Below are positions 32,391 to 40,507 of a stretch of DNA of 50,222 nucleotides, piece by piece. This DNA comes from a virus. Lineage: Duplodnaviria > Caudoviricetes. The notes under the pieces were generated by a model. It ran no database searches. It worked only from the letters and a program-made list of their open reading frames with translations, and was not told where the DNA came from. How positions within the stretch are numbered: the first letter of the stretch is position 1; every line of letters starts with the position of its first letter. The stretch lies in the IMG/VR virus record IMGVR_UViG_3300031658_000011, positions 1 to 50,222 of that record. One strand, given 5' to 3'. The translations under genes and the position numbers were made by a program.

Positions 32391-33073
32391 TGCTGGTTAC
32401 CTCTAAGAAGTCCGTCTTGCTGGGCCATCTGCTGTCCGGCCTGCTGAACACCTTGCGACATCGCGCTCTGCTGCGAGGGCATGTTCTCAGGATTGTTAAA
32501 CATCGCGTTAGCTTGCTCTGCCAACATAGGCATATCGCCTTTGATCTGTTCCAACTGGTTAGCCGACATCTTGTTTTCTTCTTTCATTCGCTTGCCATAG
32601 GCGCTGGCAAAAACGTCAATCGCCGCCGTAATCGCTAGACCAATCGGCTCGTCTTCGTCAGGGATAACACCCATCAACACTGCGACTTGTACTAACTCGG
32701 CGACCAAGTCTTCCCCCGCTTCAAAGCGGGTCGCGTCAGAAATTCCAACGCCTTTGCCTTCTAGCTTTTCCTCTGTCACGATGAACATCGTCGTAGCAAG
32801 CTGGCCTATAGTTTTACCGGGGTTCTCTTTACCTTCTTTGAGTTTATTCCCGATTTTCTTTTTCATCTTCTTAGAATGAATTAACCCGAAAAACTCGCCC
32901 ATCATTGCATCGTAGGCGGCTTGCTCCTCTTCAGATGCTTGGTCGGGGTTCTCCAAGTTCAGCACCTCTGGCTCTGACATTTCGACATCACCACCAGCGG
33001 GAGCAGCACCCTCTGCTTGGGGAGCGGGGCCAGCGGTTTGACCTTGTGGCGGCTGTAATAATCCCTCTTTCAT
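32387..33073 (-). CDS. Hypothetical late protein
   Basis: SD AGGAG; 228 aa. Confidence 0.7.
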   Translation of the reverse strand: MKEGLLQPPQGQTAGPAPQAEGAAPAGGDVEMSEPEVLNLENPDQASEEEQAAYDAMMGEFFGLIHSKKMKKKIGNKLKEGKENPGKTIGQLATTMFIVTEEKLEGKGVGISDATRFEAGEDLVAELVQVAVLMGVIPDEDEPIGLAITAAIDVFASAYGKRMKEENKMSANQLEQIKGDMPMLAEQANAMFNNPENMPSQQSAMSQGVQQAGQQMAQQDGLLRGNQQ

Positions 33074-33083
33074 CGTCTTGCTC

Positions 33084-33995
33084 CTATGCGTACCGCTGGG
33101 CGGCGATGTCGTCTAGCGTGGATGGTTGACCGTATTGGTACTGAGTTGACGGTTGGTTAGTGGTGTCGGCTGCCTGCGCTTGCTGCCTCTGTAGCAATCC
33201 CTGAGAAGGTTGGTATCCAATCTCAGACATCGGAGCGATGTCGCCACCGTAGGCTTCAGGGTCTCCGTAGTTCCAGTCCCACCTTGCGGCTTGGCGTTCT
33301 TCGGCTTCTTGCTCGGCTGCGTCGGCGGCTGCGCCTTGCTCATACGCTTGGTAGCCGTTCAGACCAACGCCTGCGAGTGACATGGTCTCGCCCGCTGTCA
33401 AACCAGCGGCGGCTGCTCCTTCCGCCAGTGGTACTACAGGGGCGGCCACTTGAGACGCACCAGCGGCGACGCCCGACGTAGACATTCCCAGTCCGCTCAC
33501 GGCTGGAGCAGCGGTTTGCGGTATTCCTGCTGCTATTACGGAGGGGAGAGTCTGCGATCCTGCTACGGGGACGGCTCCGGCCTTTGCTATTGTGGCCGCA
33601 TTTGCAGTTTGAATTGCTGCGGTGCTGCCCCCTACGTTTACCGCCATGCCTGCGGTTGGCGCAGTAAACGCTCCTCCTGTTCCAAGTCCCTGCACAGTCG
33701 CACCTTTAGCAGTTATCGCGCTTGTTGCCTGTGTCTGCATGCCCATTGCGCCCATGACCGTCTGGCCGAGCGCGCCATACGCGGACTGAATCCCTACCAA
33801 ACCTCCTTGTCCCATTCCGGCTCCGAACGCCAACCCCCCCTGAAACCCCGGCCCGATATACCCAAGCGCCGCTCCGGCAGTGAAAACGACAGCCGCGACG
33901 AGGACAATTTCCTTCCAGTACTTCTTTACGAATTTAGTGACTTTCTTAACTTTCTTTTTCACTTTCTTAAAAATCTTCTTTAACGCTTTTGACAT
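33084..33995 (-). CDS. Putative DNA-pilot/ejection protein with cationic amphipathic N-terminus
   Basis: SD GAGG; MSKALKKIFKKVKKKVKK... then a hydrophobic segment and a Gly/Ala-rich body. Confidence 0.7.
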   Translation of the reverse strand: MSKALKKIFKKVKKKVKKVTKFVKKYWKEIVLVAAVVFTAGAALGYIGPGFQGGLAFGAGMGQGGLVGIQSAYGALGQTVMGAMGMQTQATSAITAKGATVQGLGTGGAFTAPTAGMAVNVGGSTAAIQTANAATIAKAGAVPVAGSQTLPSVIAAGIPQTAAPAVSGLGMSTSGVAAGASQVAAPVVPLAEGAAAAGLTAGETMSLAGVGLNGYQAYEQGAAADAAEQEAEERQAARWDWNYGDPEAYGGDIAPMSEIGYQPSQGLLQRQQAQAADTTNQPSTQYQYGQPSTLDDIAAQRYA

Positions 33996-34011
33996 GATGA
34001 TGCCTCTCAAT

Positions 34012-34455
34012 TTAAAAGTGCAAGGTGAAACAAGCACCCATGTTTTTCATACCCAGTTTTTCGTACATTCTCGCTACGCGCTCGTTGTTTCTAAGCCCGC
34101 TTGAAATTTGCAGAGTGACTTCTTTGACGTTAGGCTGCTTACGCGCCCAGTGAATAAAGTGCCGTGCCAGCATCACCGCTTGGATGGGGTGGCCCGGCTT
34201 AACAATAAAAGCCAGATCAGTGGCATACCGAATATCGACAAACGCCTGCTTGACCACTTGTCCTATCAAAGCGCCTACGACCTTCCCATCAACCTCGGCC
34301 ACTAGCACTCGTGCCTGCTTAGAGTTAATCAGAAAGCGTAAGTCTTTCGGGCCTTGCTTCCAGTCGATTTTGTAGCCGTCATGTATCTGGTCTAAATACC
34401 ACTGGCCTATCTCGAATATGGGCTGTATGTCTTCTAAGCGCCCTTGTCGGATCAC
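34012..34455 (-). CDS. GNAT-family acetyltransferase
   Basis: MIR....D, LVAEVDGKVVG, N....RMYEKLG. Confidence 0.8.
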   Translation of the reverse strand: MIRQGRLEDIQPIFEIGQWYLDQIHDGYKIDWKQGPKDLRFLINSKQARVLVAEVDGKVVGALIGQVVKQAFVDIRYATDLAFIVKPGHPIQAVMLARHFIHWARKQPNVKEVTLQISSGLRNNERVARMYEKLGMKNMGACFTLHF

Positions 34456-36314
34456 TAATCACCAAACCCGTATATGGCGGCTTGTAACGTTGAGTCAGTC
34501 TTAAAACGAGTGTCAACGTCTGCATGTGCTTCCTGTTTCTCCGTCGGATTCATCTCAGGGTTTTGCGCTATTGCCGAGTGTTCGTTCTGCGTTCCGAGTT
34601 GGAGGTTGGTAATGCCGCCTGCGTAGGAGAGCTGGTGTTGGCTGTCAAGAGTCTGCTGGTATTTGTCTGTCTCAGCGTTTACACGCTCTGTCTGAAGCGT
34701 TTGTTCGTTTATAAAGTTTTGATCCATGTTGCTCTGCTGGTAGCTCTGTTGTTGAGCGTTAAGCATAGTCTGACCCTGAAGCTGAGTCTCCTGCCTTGCG
34801 GCCGCTGCTGCGTTGTTTGCAGAAGCAACGGCTGTGGCCGCTGCTGCGTTGATCGAGGCTGACGCCAACTGGGCGCTTGCGCCTATCTGCGTGGTCTGGA
34901 TTGATGTTGCATTGCGGTCTGCGGCTATCTTCTCGGCAGAGCGTATCTGAGTGCTTTGTAAATCTTTCTGCCCCGCAATGCCCTGTGCCTGTAGGCTGGT
35001 GTCCGTCGTGAACTTTGTCGCATCTCGGGCTGTTTGTGCTTTTTGCGCGTCAGTCTGCAATGTCTGCTGACCCTCAATGCCTTGCGCCTGTAGGCTGGTG
35101 TCCGTCGTGAACTTTGTCGCATCTCGGGCTGTTTGTGCTTTTTGCGCGTCGGTCTGCAAGTCCTTACGGCCTGTAATGTCTTGTGCCTGTAAGCTAGTCT
35201 CCTGCCCAAAACGGTCAAGCTGTATGGATTTCTTCCCTGCAATGTCCTGATCCATCAGGCTTGAGTCGTACCCGAAGCCTTGCTCCGCGAGTCCTCGACT
35301 GTTTTGGTAGTCTTGATCCATCAAGGCGCTGTCGGCACGAGTGGAATACTCGGTCTTCTCTTGGTCGTAGGCAGTAGTGGCGTCTTGTGACGCTATGGGC
35401 ATCATGCTTGCGTAAGCGGCTTGTTGTCCCGACTGGACGGCCATAGAGCTGTTCTGCAATCCTCTTGATGCTGATTGCTGTTGCGCCTGTAGTCGTGCCT
35501 GCTGCATTATTGGGTTATCGGATGCCATCAAGCCTTGGAGACGACCTTCTACTGTCATAGTGTCTGCATCAAAACCCATAGAAGGAGGCTTTATAACCAC
35601 AGGTCTATTTGCAGGACTGGCTCCTACGGCACTTGGCCCTGCTGCGCCTGTTGCGCCTGCGGTCGGGTTTGATTGATTTTGAGCCATCATTTGAGGCGCA
35701 ACATCATTGGCATTTCCCGTTTGTATTTTCATCAGACCGGACGACATTGGTCTACCCTCTGATCTACCCTGTAATCTTTCGGGCCTTAGAGTGCCTGTTG
35801 CGCCTGCGGTCGGGTTTGATTGATTTTGAGCCATCATTTGAGGCGCAACATCATTGGCATTTCCCGTTTGTATTTTCATCAGACCGGACGACATTGGTCT
35901 ACCCTCTGATCTACCCTGTAATCTTTCGGGCCTTAGAGTGCCACCCGTAGAGCCGTAAAGGTCTCCGTCTTGCCAGTCCCATCGTGCCTGCGACTGCTGG
36001 AGCGCCCTATCCATTCGAGGGTCACCTTGCTGTTGCTGCCCTTTAGAGGGCGGCATCGGTTCGCGCTTGGAGAGAGTATTTTGTTGTCCCATCAAGCCGC
36101 CAGCCATCGGTCGAACTTGACCCTGTCGAGGAGGTAAGTTGGCTGGCTGACGGTTGGGCCTATGTACTTGACCCTCGGGCTGCCCGCCCGTAGGCTTAGT
36201 GGCGGTGGTATTGCTCATAGGACGCACTTGACGCGGCGGCTTTGCCCCAGCCATCGGCATTCCGCCTGAACTCATTGTAGCCATAGGAGGCTGATTAGGG
36301 TTCATTCTGCGCAT
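34455..36314 (-). CDS. Gln/Ala-rich putative ejection protein with internal repeats
   Basis: 619 aa; RGL.NSS.A motif; position after the holin. Confidence 0.7.
   Translation of the reverse strand: MRRMNPNQPPMATMSSGGMPMAGAKPPRQVRPMSNTTATKPTGGQPEGQVHRPNRQPANLPPRQGQVRPMAGGLMGQQNTLSKREPMPPSKGQQQQGDPRMDRALQQSQARWDWQDGDLYGSTGGTLRPERLQGRSEGRPMSSGLMKIQTGNANDVAPQMMAQNQSNPTAGATGTLRPERLQGRSEGRPMSSGLMKIQTGNANDVAPQMMAQNQSNPTAGATGAAGPSAVGASPANRPVVIKPPSMGFDADTMTVEGRLQGLMASDNPIMQQARLQAQQQSASRGLQNSSMAVQSGQQAAYASMMPIASQDATTAYDQEKTEYSTRADSALMDQDYQNSRGLAEQGFGYDSSLMDQDIAGKKSIQLDRFGQETSLQAQDITGRKDLQTDAQKAQTARDATKFTTDTSLQAQGIEGQQTLQTDAQKAQTARDATKFTTDTSLQAQGIAGQKDLQSTQIRSAEKIAADRNATSIQTTQIGASAQLASASINAAAATAVASANNAAAAARQETQLQGQTMLNAQQQSYQQSNMDQNFINEQTLQTERVNAETDKYQQTLDSQHQLSYAGGITNLQLGTQNEHSAIAQNPEMNPTEKQEAHADVDTRFKTDSTLQAAIYGFGD
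34960..35200 (-). repeat. 99-bp (33-aa) tandem repeat, about 2.4 copies
   Basis: GCCTGTAGGCTGGTGTCC at 34987 and 35086. Confidence 0.9.
35646..35942 (-). repeat. 147-bp (49-aa) apparently perfect tandem duplication
   Basis: Units start at 35646 and 35793. Confidence 0.92.
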
Positions 36315-36339
36315 TACTGTTGCCCTCTATCTCTAAATA

Positions 36340-36732
36340 TCATTTTTTAATAACACCTACGATTTTTTCTGCTGACCTTCCGACTAAATAGCCCCCAAGC
36401 CCAATTTTTAAGAGCGTAAAGGCATCTTCAGACAGCGGATTGGGAAGCCACATCATTGCATCGCCAACTACGAGCGTCAGCATGGTGAGCATGGTGATAG
36501 GTCGCCAAGTAGCCGTTAGCCAATGCTCTGACGATGCCTCGCTACTAACAATATTGGCTTGAGCTTCAAGCGTGGACCTCTCATAATCGAACACTCGCTG
36601 CATAGCTGCCGCTTGAACGTCGAGCAAATGCCCTTTTGCTGCCAGCCGTTCATCCTCAGATGTGTGCAGCTCGTCTATCAACTCTGCCGCTGGCTTGAAG
36701 ATTCCCGCTATTAAGTCTGTTACCCCTAGCAT
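36340..36732 (-). CDS. Holin (GTA 3TM-like family)
   Basis: ID...TSEDERL.AK, EA.S..WL...WRP, GY..GRS.EK; TAATG overlap sets the start at 36732. Confidence 0.8.
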   Translation of the reverse strand: MLGVTDLIAGIFKPAAELIDELHTSEDERLAAKGHLLDVQAAAMQRVFDYERSTLEAQANIVSSEASSEHWLTATWRPITMLTMLTLVVGDAMMWLPNPLSEDAFTLLKIGLGGYLVGRSAEKIVGVIKK

Positions 36733-37001
36733 TACTGGCCCCAATTTTTAAAATACATGCCGGTCACTAATGCACCAAGAACCGTCATTGTTATTATTTT
36801 GATGACGGTATGGGCAACCGATTTTCTAATCTCGCGCCACGAATCAAGTAAATCGCGCAACTCTTTTAGATCGTGAATTGCGTTATCATCTTGCAGCCCA
36901 ACATCGCGCAATGCTTCTTTAGCTGCCACCTTCGCAGTTCGCTGGATTATGGCCTCAATTTCCTCGTCTGACCTTCGCTCTTGGTCGTTGCTAGAGTACA
37001 C
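36732..37001 (-). CDS. Small membrane protein (DUF6127-like), lysis-associated position
   Basis: AK.AL..VGL.D..A..D..ELR.LLD.W and a C-terminal TM segment. Confidence 0.7.
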   Translation of the reverse strand: MYSSNDQERRSDEEIEAIIQRTAKVAAKEALRDVGLQDDNAIHDLKELRDLLDSWREIRKSVAHTVIKIITMTVLGALVTGMYFKNWGQ

Positions 37002-37006
37002 AATTA

Positions 37007-37276
37007 TTACACCTTTGATCTTTCGATTATTCTGTTTGAAAAGTCAACGTCCATAAGCCAACTGTTGTGGCAGTGGTTTTTATCCCAGAAGAAAACAAAG
37101 TTGATAAATCGCTCGACGAATGACCACCCTTTAACAGTATTACAGGAGTACGCCCTTGAGCTTATGGTTTGGTCTGGCTCGCCGCCTAGAATTAACGCAT
37201 TGACTGCCTGACTAATAACGACCAGCAACTTAAAAAACCAAGCCCTGACCCACCGTGTTAAATTACTCCAATTCAT
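37007..37276 (-). CDS. Conserved-looking phage hypothetical protein
   Basis: Q..NA...G.PD.TISSRA...IN..FFW...HC motif. Confidence 0.75.
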   Translation of the reverse strand: MNWSNLTRWVRAWFFKLLVVISQAVNALILGGEPDQTISSRAYSCNTVKGWSFVERFINFVFFWDKNHCHNSWLMDVDFSNRIIERSKV

Positions 37277-37278
37277 TT

Positions 37279-37740
37279 TTAGCCCTCAGTTTTATTTTCT
37301 AATAGAAGCGCGTTGTTTTCTTTCAGAAGTTCGTACTCTTCTGCAAATATGCCCTTACTTGTCTTTCGTACAGTAGTAGTCATGCCTATCGAGGAAAAAA
37401 AGTCTTTAGAGATGTCTTTCTTTGTTGGAAAAACGTAGTGTACATCTCGGCACCCAGACAGCATTCTGTTCATTGTTTTGCTCCAGCCTAGCTCCCCATG
37501 TATCCATTCATAGACTGGCCCCAGCACTTCAGCGTTTAGACACTCTGCTACTCTGTCGTTATGAAATTGCTCTAGTTGTTCAGGCTTGTCTCTTTCTAAA
37601 ACAAAAAGAACTAGCAGTTCGCCATTAGAGTCAAACGCCTCAGCAGCCAAGCTGTTTTCACGCAGACTTATTCCAGTGGTATCCCATACCGCCTTGCGTC
37701 TTGCGGGTGTAATTACACCGAATGTGTGTGACACGCTCAT
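37279..37740 (-). CDS. Hypothetical protein
   Basis: ATGA overlap; 153 aa. Confidence 0.6.
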   Translation of the reverse strand: MSVSHTFGVITPARRKAVWDTTGISLRENSLAAEAFDSNGELLVLFVLERDKPEQLEQFHNDRVAECLNAEVLGPVYEWIHGELGWSKTMNRMLSGCRDVHYVFPTKKDISKDFFSSIGMTTTVRKTSKGIFAEEYELLKENNALLLENKTEG

Positions 37741-38462
37741 AAAGAGGTAAACTCTTGCATGAACAAACCAGAGGCAGTGTCTCCCGCAATGGCTTTTGCC
37801 ACTGCCAGTGCTTCCGCTTCAAAGCATTTCTGAACATGAGCATGGCACAAGTCTGACCACTCAATAATCTGTGCATTGCTCGTTGGCCTAAAGACAAGAG
37901 CGGGAGTTCCGTATTCGTCTAAAGTGGCACACTTCCACACGCCTCCATCGGATCGTGTCCCTGCCTCAACCGCCAATCGTGCAGAGGCAAATCTATTCTG
38001 TGACTCAGTGCTGGTATCCAAAAACCACGAAACGCTCTCCGAGTCTGCCCAGACAATACCCTGACTTTCAACTTCGTAACGGGTGTTTGCAATAGTGTTT
38101 AATGCCTGTTGAATTGGCGTAAAGTTTTCAGCATTCTCAGACGGCTCGGTAACTATTTCAGTGATAACGCTTTGAAGTTCTTCATCGCTGACTAAAAAAT
38201 CTTTACCAATAACTTCAAGCAGATCGCTCGGTACTTCAATTTCCTTCAAATCTATTTGTGATTGCCAGTAGGTGATTGGTGCATTGACAATAATATCTTT
38301 ACGCAATGCTTCTTTTGCTTCTTCGATAGGCAGCGATAGAGTCTCTAAACTGGATGCAATTGTTCCGTGATACGGTGCTAGAGTAGTATCGGCGGGCGTG
38401 TAAACAACACGCATACAGCGATCAACTAAGCTGATACTTTCAACGGCAAATGTAAATTTCAT
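37737..38462 (-). CDS. Tail-fibre-associated protein (DUF4376-like C-terminus)
   Basis: RY..E..G...T..ESQ...WK...HVQ.CF.AE. Confidence 0.7.
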   Translation of the reverse strand: MKFTFAVESISLVDRCMRVVYTPADTTLAPYHGTIASSLETLSLPIEEAKEALRKDIIVNAPITYWQSQIDLKEIEVPSDLLEVIGKDFLVSDEELQSVITEIVTEPSENAENFTPIQQALNTIANTRYEVESQGIVWADSESVSWFLDTSTESQNRFASARLAVEAGTRSDGGVWKCATLDEYGTPALVFRPTSNAQIIEWSDLCHAHVQKCFEAEALAVAKAIAGDTASGLFMQEFTSL

Positions 38463-38477
38463 AATATTTATAATTTC

Positions 38478-39023
38478 CTATGTAAGCTTGAACGTGAGGC
38501 TGCCGCTGCTGTTGTGTTGTAAGACTGGGTTGGGAGTGTAGGTGGAAAGCCATGACCAAGTTGCTGTGCCACTGTTATAGTCAAAAAAACTAGCGTTAGT
38601 AGCACTCCATGTATAACTGCCTTTTGTAAGCGTTGACCATACACTTCCGATTGTCTGAGTAGAGGTGAATCCAGTCATTGTGATAGTTGTGATTTGAGTA
38701 ACGTTATTGTCCTGCATCCCAGTGACAGTTATTGTCACGCCATCGTGCGTAAATGTTTTAGGACTTAGCGCACCAAATGAGCCATTCGAATAGCCGTAGG
38801 ATGAGCTTGCGGGAGTATATTTTCCAGCAGCGGTAGACTGATAACCATAGGTTAGCGTTGCAACAAGTTTGCCGTAATTTGAATACGCATCACTAAAGCT
38901 AATTGCTCCTGTCGCTGGAAATTCGTTCCTGCCACGAAACTCAGACATCGAGTGCGGTGCTGCGTCCAAATACTCTGCTGCAATTTGTCCTAGCGAAATC
39001 GCGCCTGATGCTTGTAGTGGCAT
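38478..39023 (-). CDS. Putative tail-fibre tip adhesin
   Basis: N-terminal MPLQASGAISL...P..G.IS.SD motif; Ser/Thr/aromatic beta-rich body; follows the S74 fibre. Confidence 0.65.
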   Translation of the reverse strand: MPLQASGAISLGQIAAEYLDAAPHSMSEFRGRNEFPATGAISFSDAYSNYGKLVATLTYGYQSTAAGKYTPASSSYGYSNGSFGALSPKTFTHDGVTITVTGMQDNNVTQITTITMTGFTSTQTIGSVWSTLTKGSYTWSATNASFFDYNSGTATWSWLSTYTPNPVLQHNSSGSLTFKLT

Positions 39024-40507
39024 TAGCTAATCCTCTCTAATGCTTTCTTCAGTTCGTCAATCTGAACTTGCTGCTCTTTGATCGCCTCGATAAGAAGGCC
39101 GATCATGTTGCCGTAAGCCACTGTTTTAATTCCGTCAGAGGGATTTGTAGCGACAACTTCGGGTAGCACTTTCTCAACTTCTTGGGCGATTACACCCGCT
39201 TGTCGAGTGTCTGGCATTACGCCCGTTTCAGCGTCAGGTATAAAGTCGTTGCGGTCAAAGGTGACACCACGCAATGCCTTGACCTTTGCTATCGCGTCAG
39301 GGATGAGTTCAATGTTGTCTTTAAGTCTAATGTCTGAGTACGCGGTAATGTTGCCCGTTGCTGTATAGTTTCCTGCCATATCCCAAGTGTGTTTTATAGC
39401 ACCCGCAGAAAACCCGCCTAGCTCCATTTTATTGGCAGTAGATAAACCAAAGTTTACGCCATACGCGTTTATGCGGTGAAACGACATAGCGGCAACCGTT
39501 GTGGCACTACCTCTAAAAGATATAGAGCCAGTGTCATTCGCTCCCGTTATTGTTGTTGTGGCGCAATTTCTTCCCACAATAAGGCCCGTCATCGTGCCGC
39601 CAGTTCTAGCCAGTGCCGCATTAGCCTTAGTTTGCGCGGTCGCTGCGTTAGTGACGCCTGTGTTGGCCGTACTTTGCGCGGTCGCTGCGGCAATAACGGC
39701 TGAGTTTGCCGAGGTCGCCGCAGCCGCTGCGTTAGTGACACCTAAGTCGGCTCTGGTCTGCGCGGTCGCTGCGTTAGTGACACCTAAGTCGGCTCTGGTC
39801 TGCGCAGTCTGGGCGTTAGTGACACCTAAGTCGGCTCTGGTCTGCGCAGTCTGGGCGTTAGTGACACCTAAGTCGGCTCTGGTCTGCGCGGTGACTATGT
39901 CCGCCTCTGTTTGAGCAGATGTGGTAAAGCTGCCCACAATCTGCGCGCTGAATGTCTTAGTGCCTGCTATTGTCTGGTCGGCTGTTTTCAGCACATTGTT
40001 TGTCGTAGCGGCAGAGTTACTGTTTGCAGCCGCCGTGGCGCTGGCAGCCGCTGCGGTAGCACTGGCGGCAGACGCGGTAGCACTGGTGGCAGACGCGGTA
40101 GCACTGCTAACAGAATCGTTTTTAGCGTTTACGGATGTTAGGCCCGCAGTATATGACGTTACTGAGTGGCCTAGCGACGCTGTTGCTTCTGTAGCACTGG
40201 TGACCGCACTGGCAGCAGCCGCAGTAGCACTGGCAGCAGCCGCTGCTACAGCCGTGTCAATATCCGATAGGCTGTATAAGTCTGCGTCACCAGAGCTATT
40301 TATGTATAGCAGCTTGTTATTAACAGACTGGGATGGGATTTTGTGGTTGCCAGAAAAAGTATCAGGAAACTGTATCCGCGTAGTAAAAGTCGTCTGTACC
40401 GCCTCAAAGCCTGTCTCAATAAGATCAAGTTGAGCGTTGACGCCCGCAGAAGCGACCAGCGTTCCTGCGATAAAAGGATTGTCGTGTTCGTAGTAAGTGT
40501 TTGCCAT
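39023..40507 (-). CDS. Tail fibre with C-terminal peptidase S74 intramolecular chaperone
   Basis: GNITAY|SDIRLKDNI, GVIAQEVEKVLPE, V.YGN...LLIEAIKEQQ; Ala/Ser repeats. Confidence 0.92.
   Translation of the reverse strand: MANTYYEHDNPFIAGTLVASAGVNAQLDLIETGFEAVQTTFTTRIQFPDTFSGNHKIPSQSVNNKLLYINSSGDADLYSLSDIDTAVAAAAASATAAAASAVTSATEATASLGHSVTSYTAGLTSVNAKNDSVSSATASATSATASAASATAAAASATAAANSNSAATTNNVLKTADQTIAGTKTFSAQIVGSFTTSAQTEADIVTAQTRADLGVTNAQTAQTRADLGVTNAQTAQTRADLGVTNAATAQTRADLGVTNAAAAATSANSAVIAAATAQSTANTGVTNAATAQTKANAALARTGGTMTGLIVGRNCATTTITGANDTGSISFRGSATTVAAMSFHRINAYGVNFGLSTANKMELGGFSAGAIKHTWDMAGNYTATGNITAYSDIRLKDNIELIPDAIAKVKALRGVTFDRNDFIPDAETGVMPDTRQAGVIAQEVEKVLPEVVATNPSDGIKTVAYGNMIGLLIEAIKEQQVQIDELKKALERIS
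39729..39891 (-). repeat. 42-bp (14-aa) tandem repeat x4 in the fibre shaft
   Basis: GCGTTAGTGACACCTAAGTCGGCTCTGGTCTGCGC at 39729, 39771, 39813, 39855. Confidence 0.95.

Noticed and set aside
35646-35942. Diversity-generating retroelement TR/VR pair
   Set aside because: No reverse transcriptase, no adenine-specific mismatches, and the copies are tandem
39729-39891. 42-bp repeats as a CRISPR array
   Set aside because: No unique spacers; the repeats are in-frame coding sequence of the fibre
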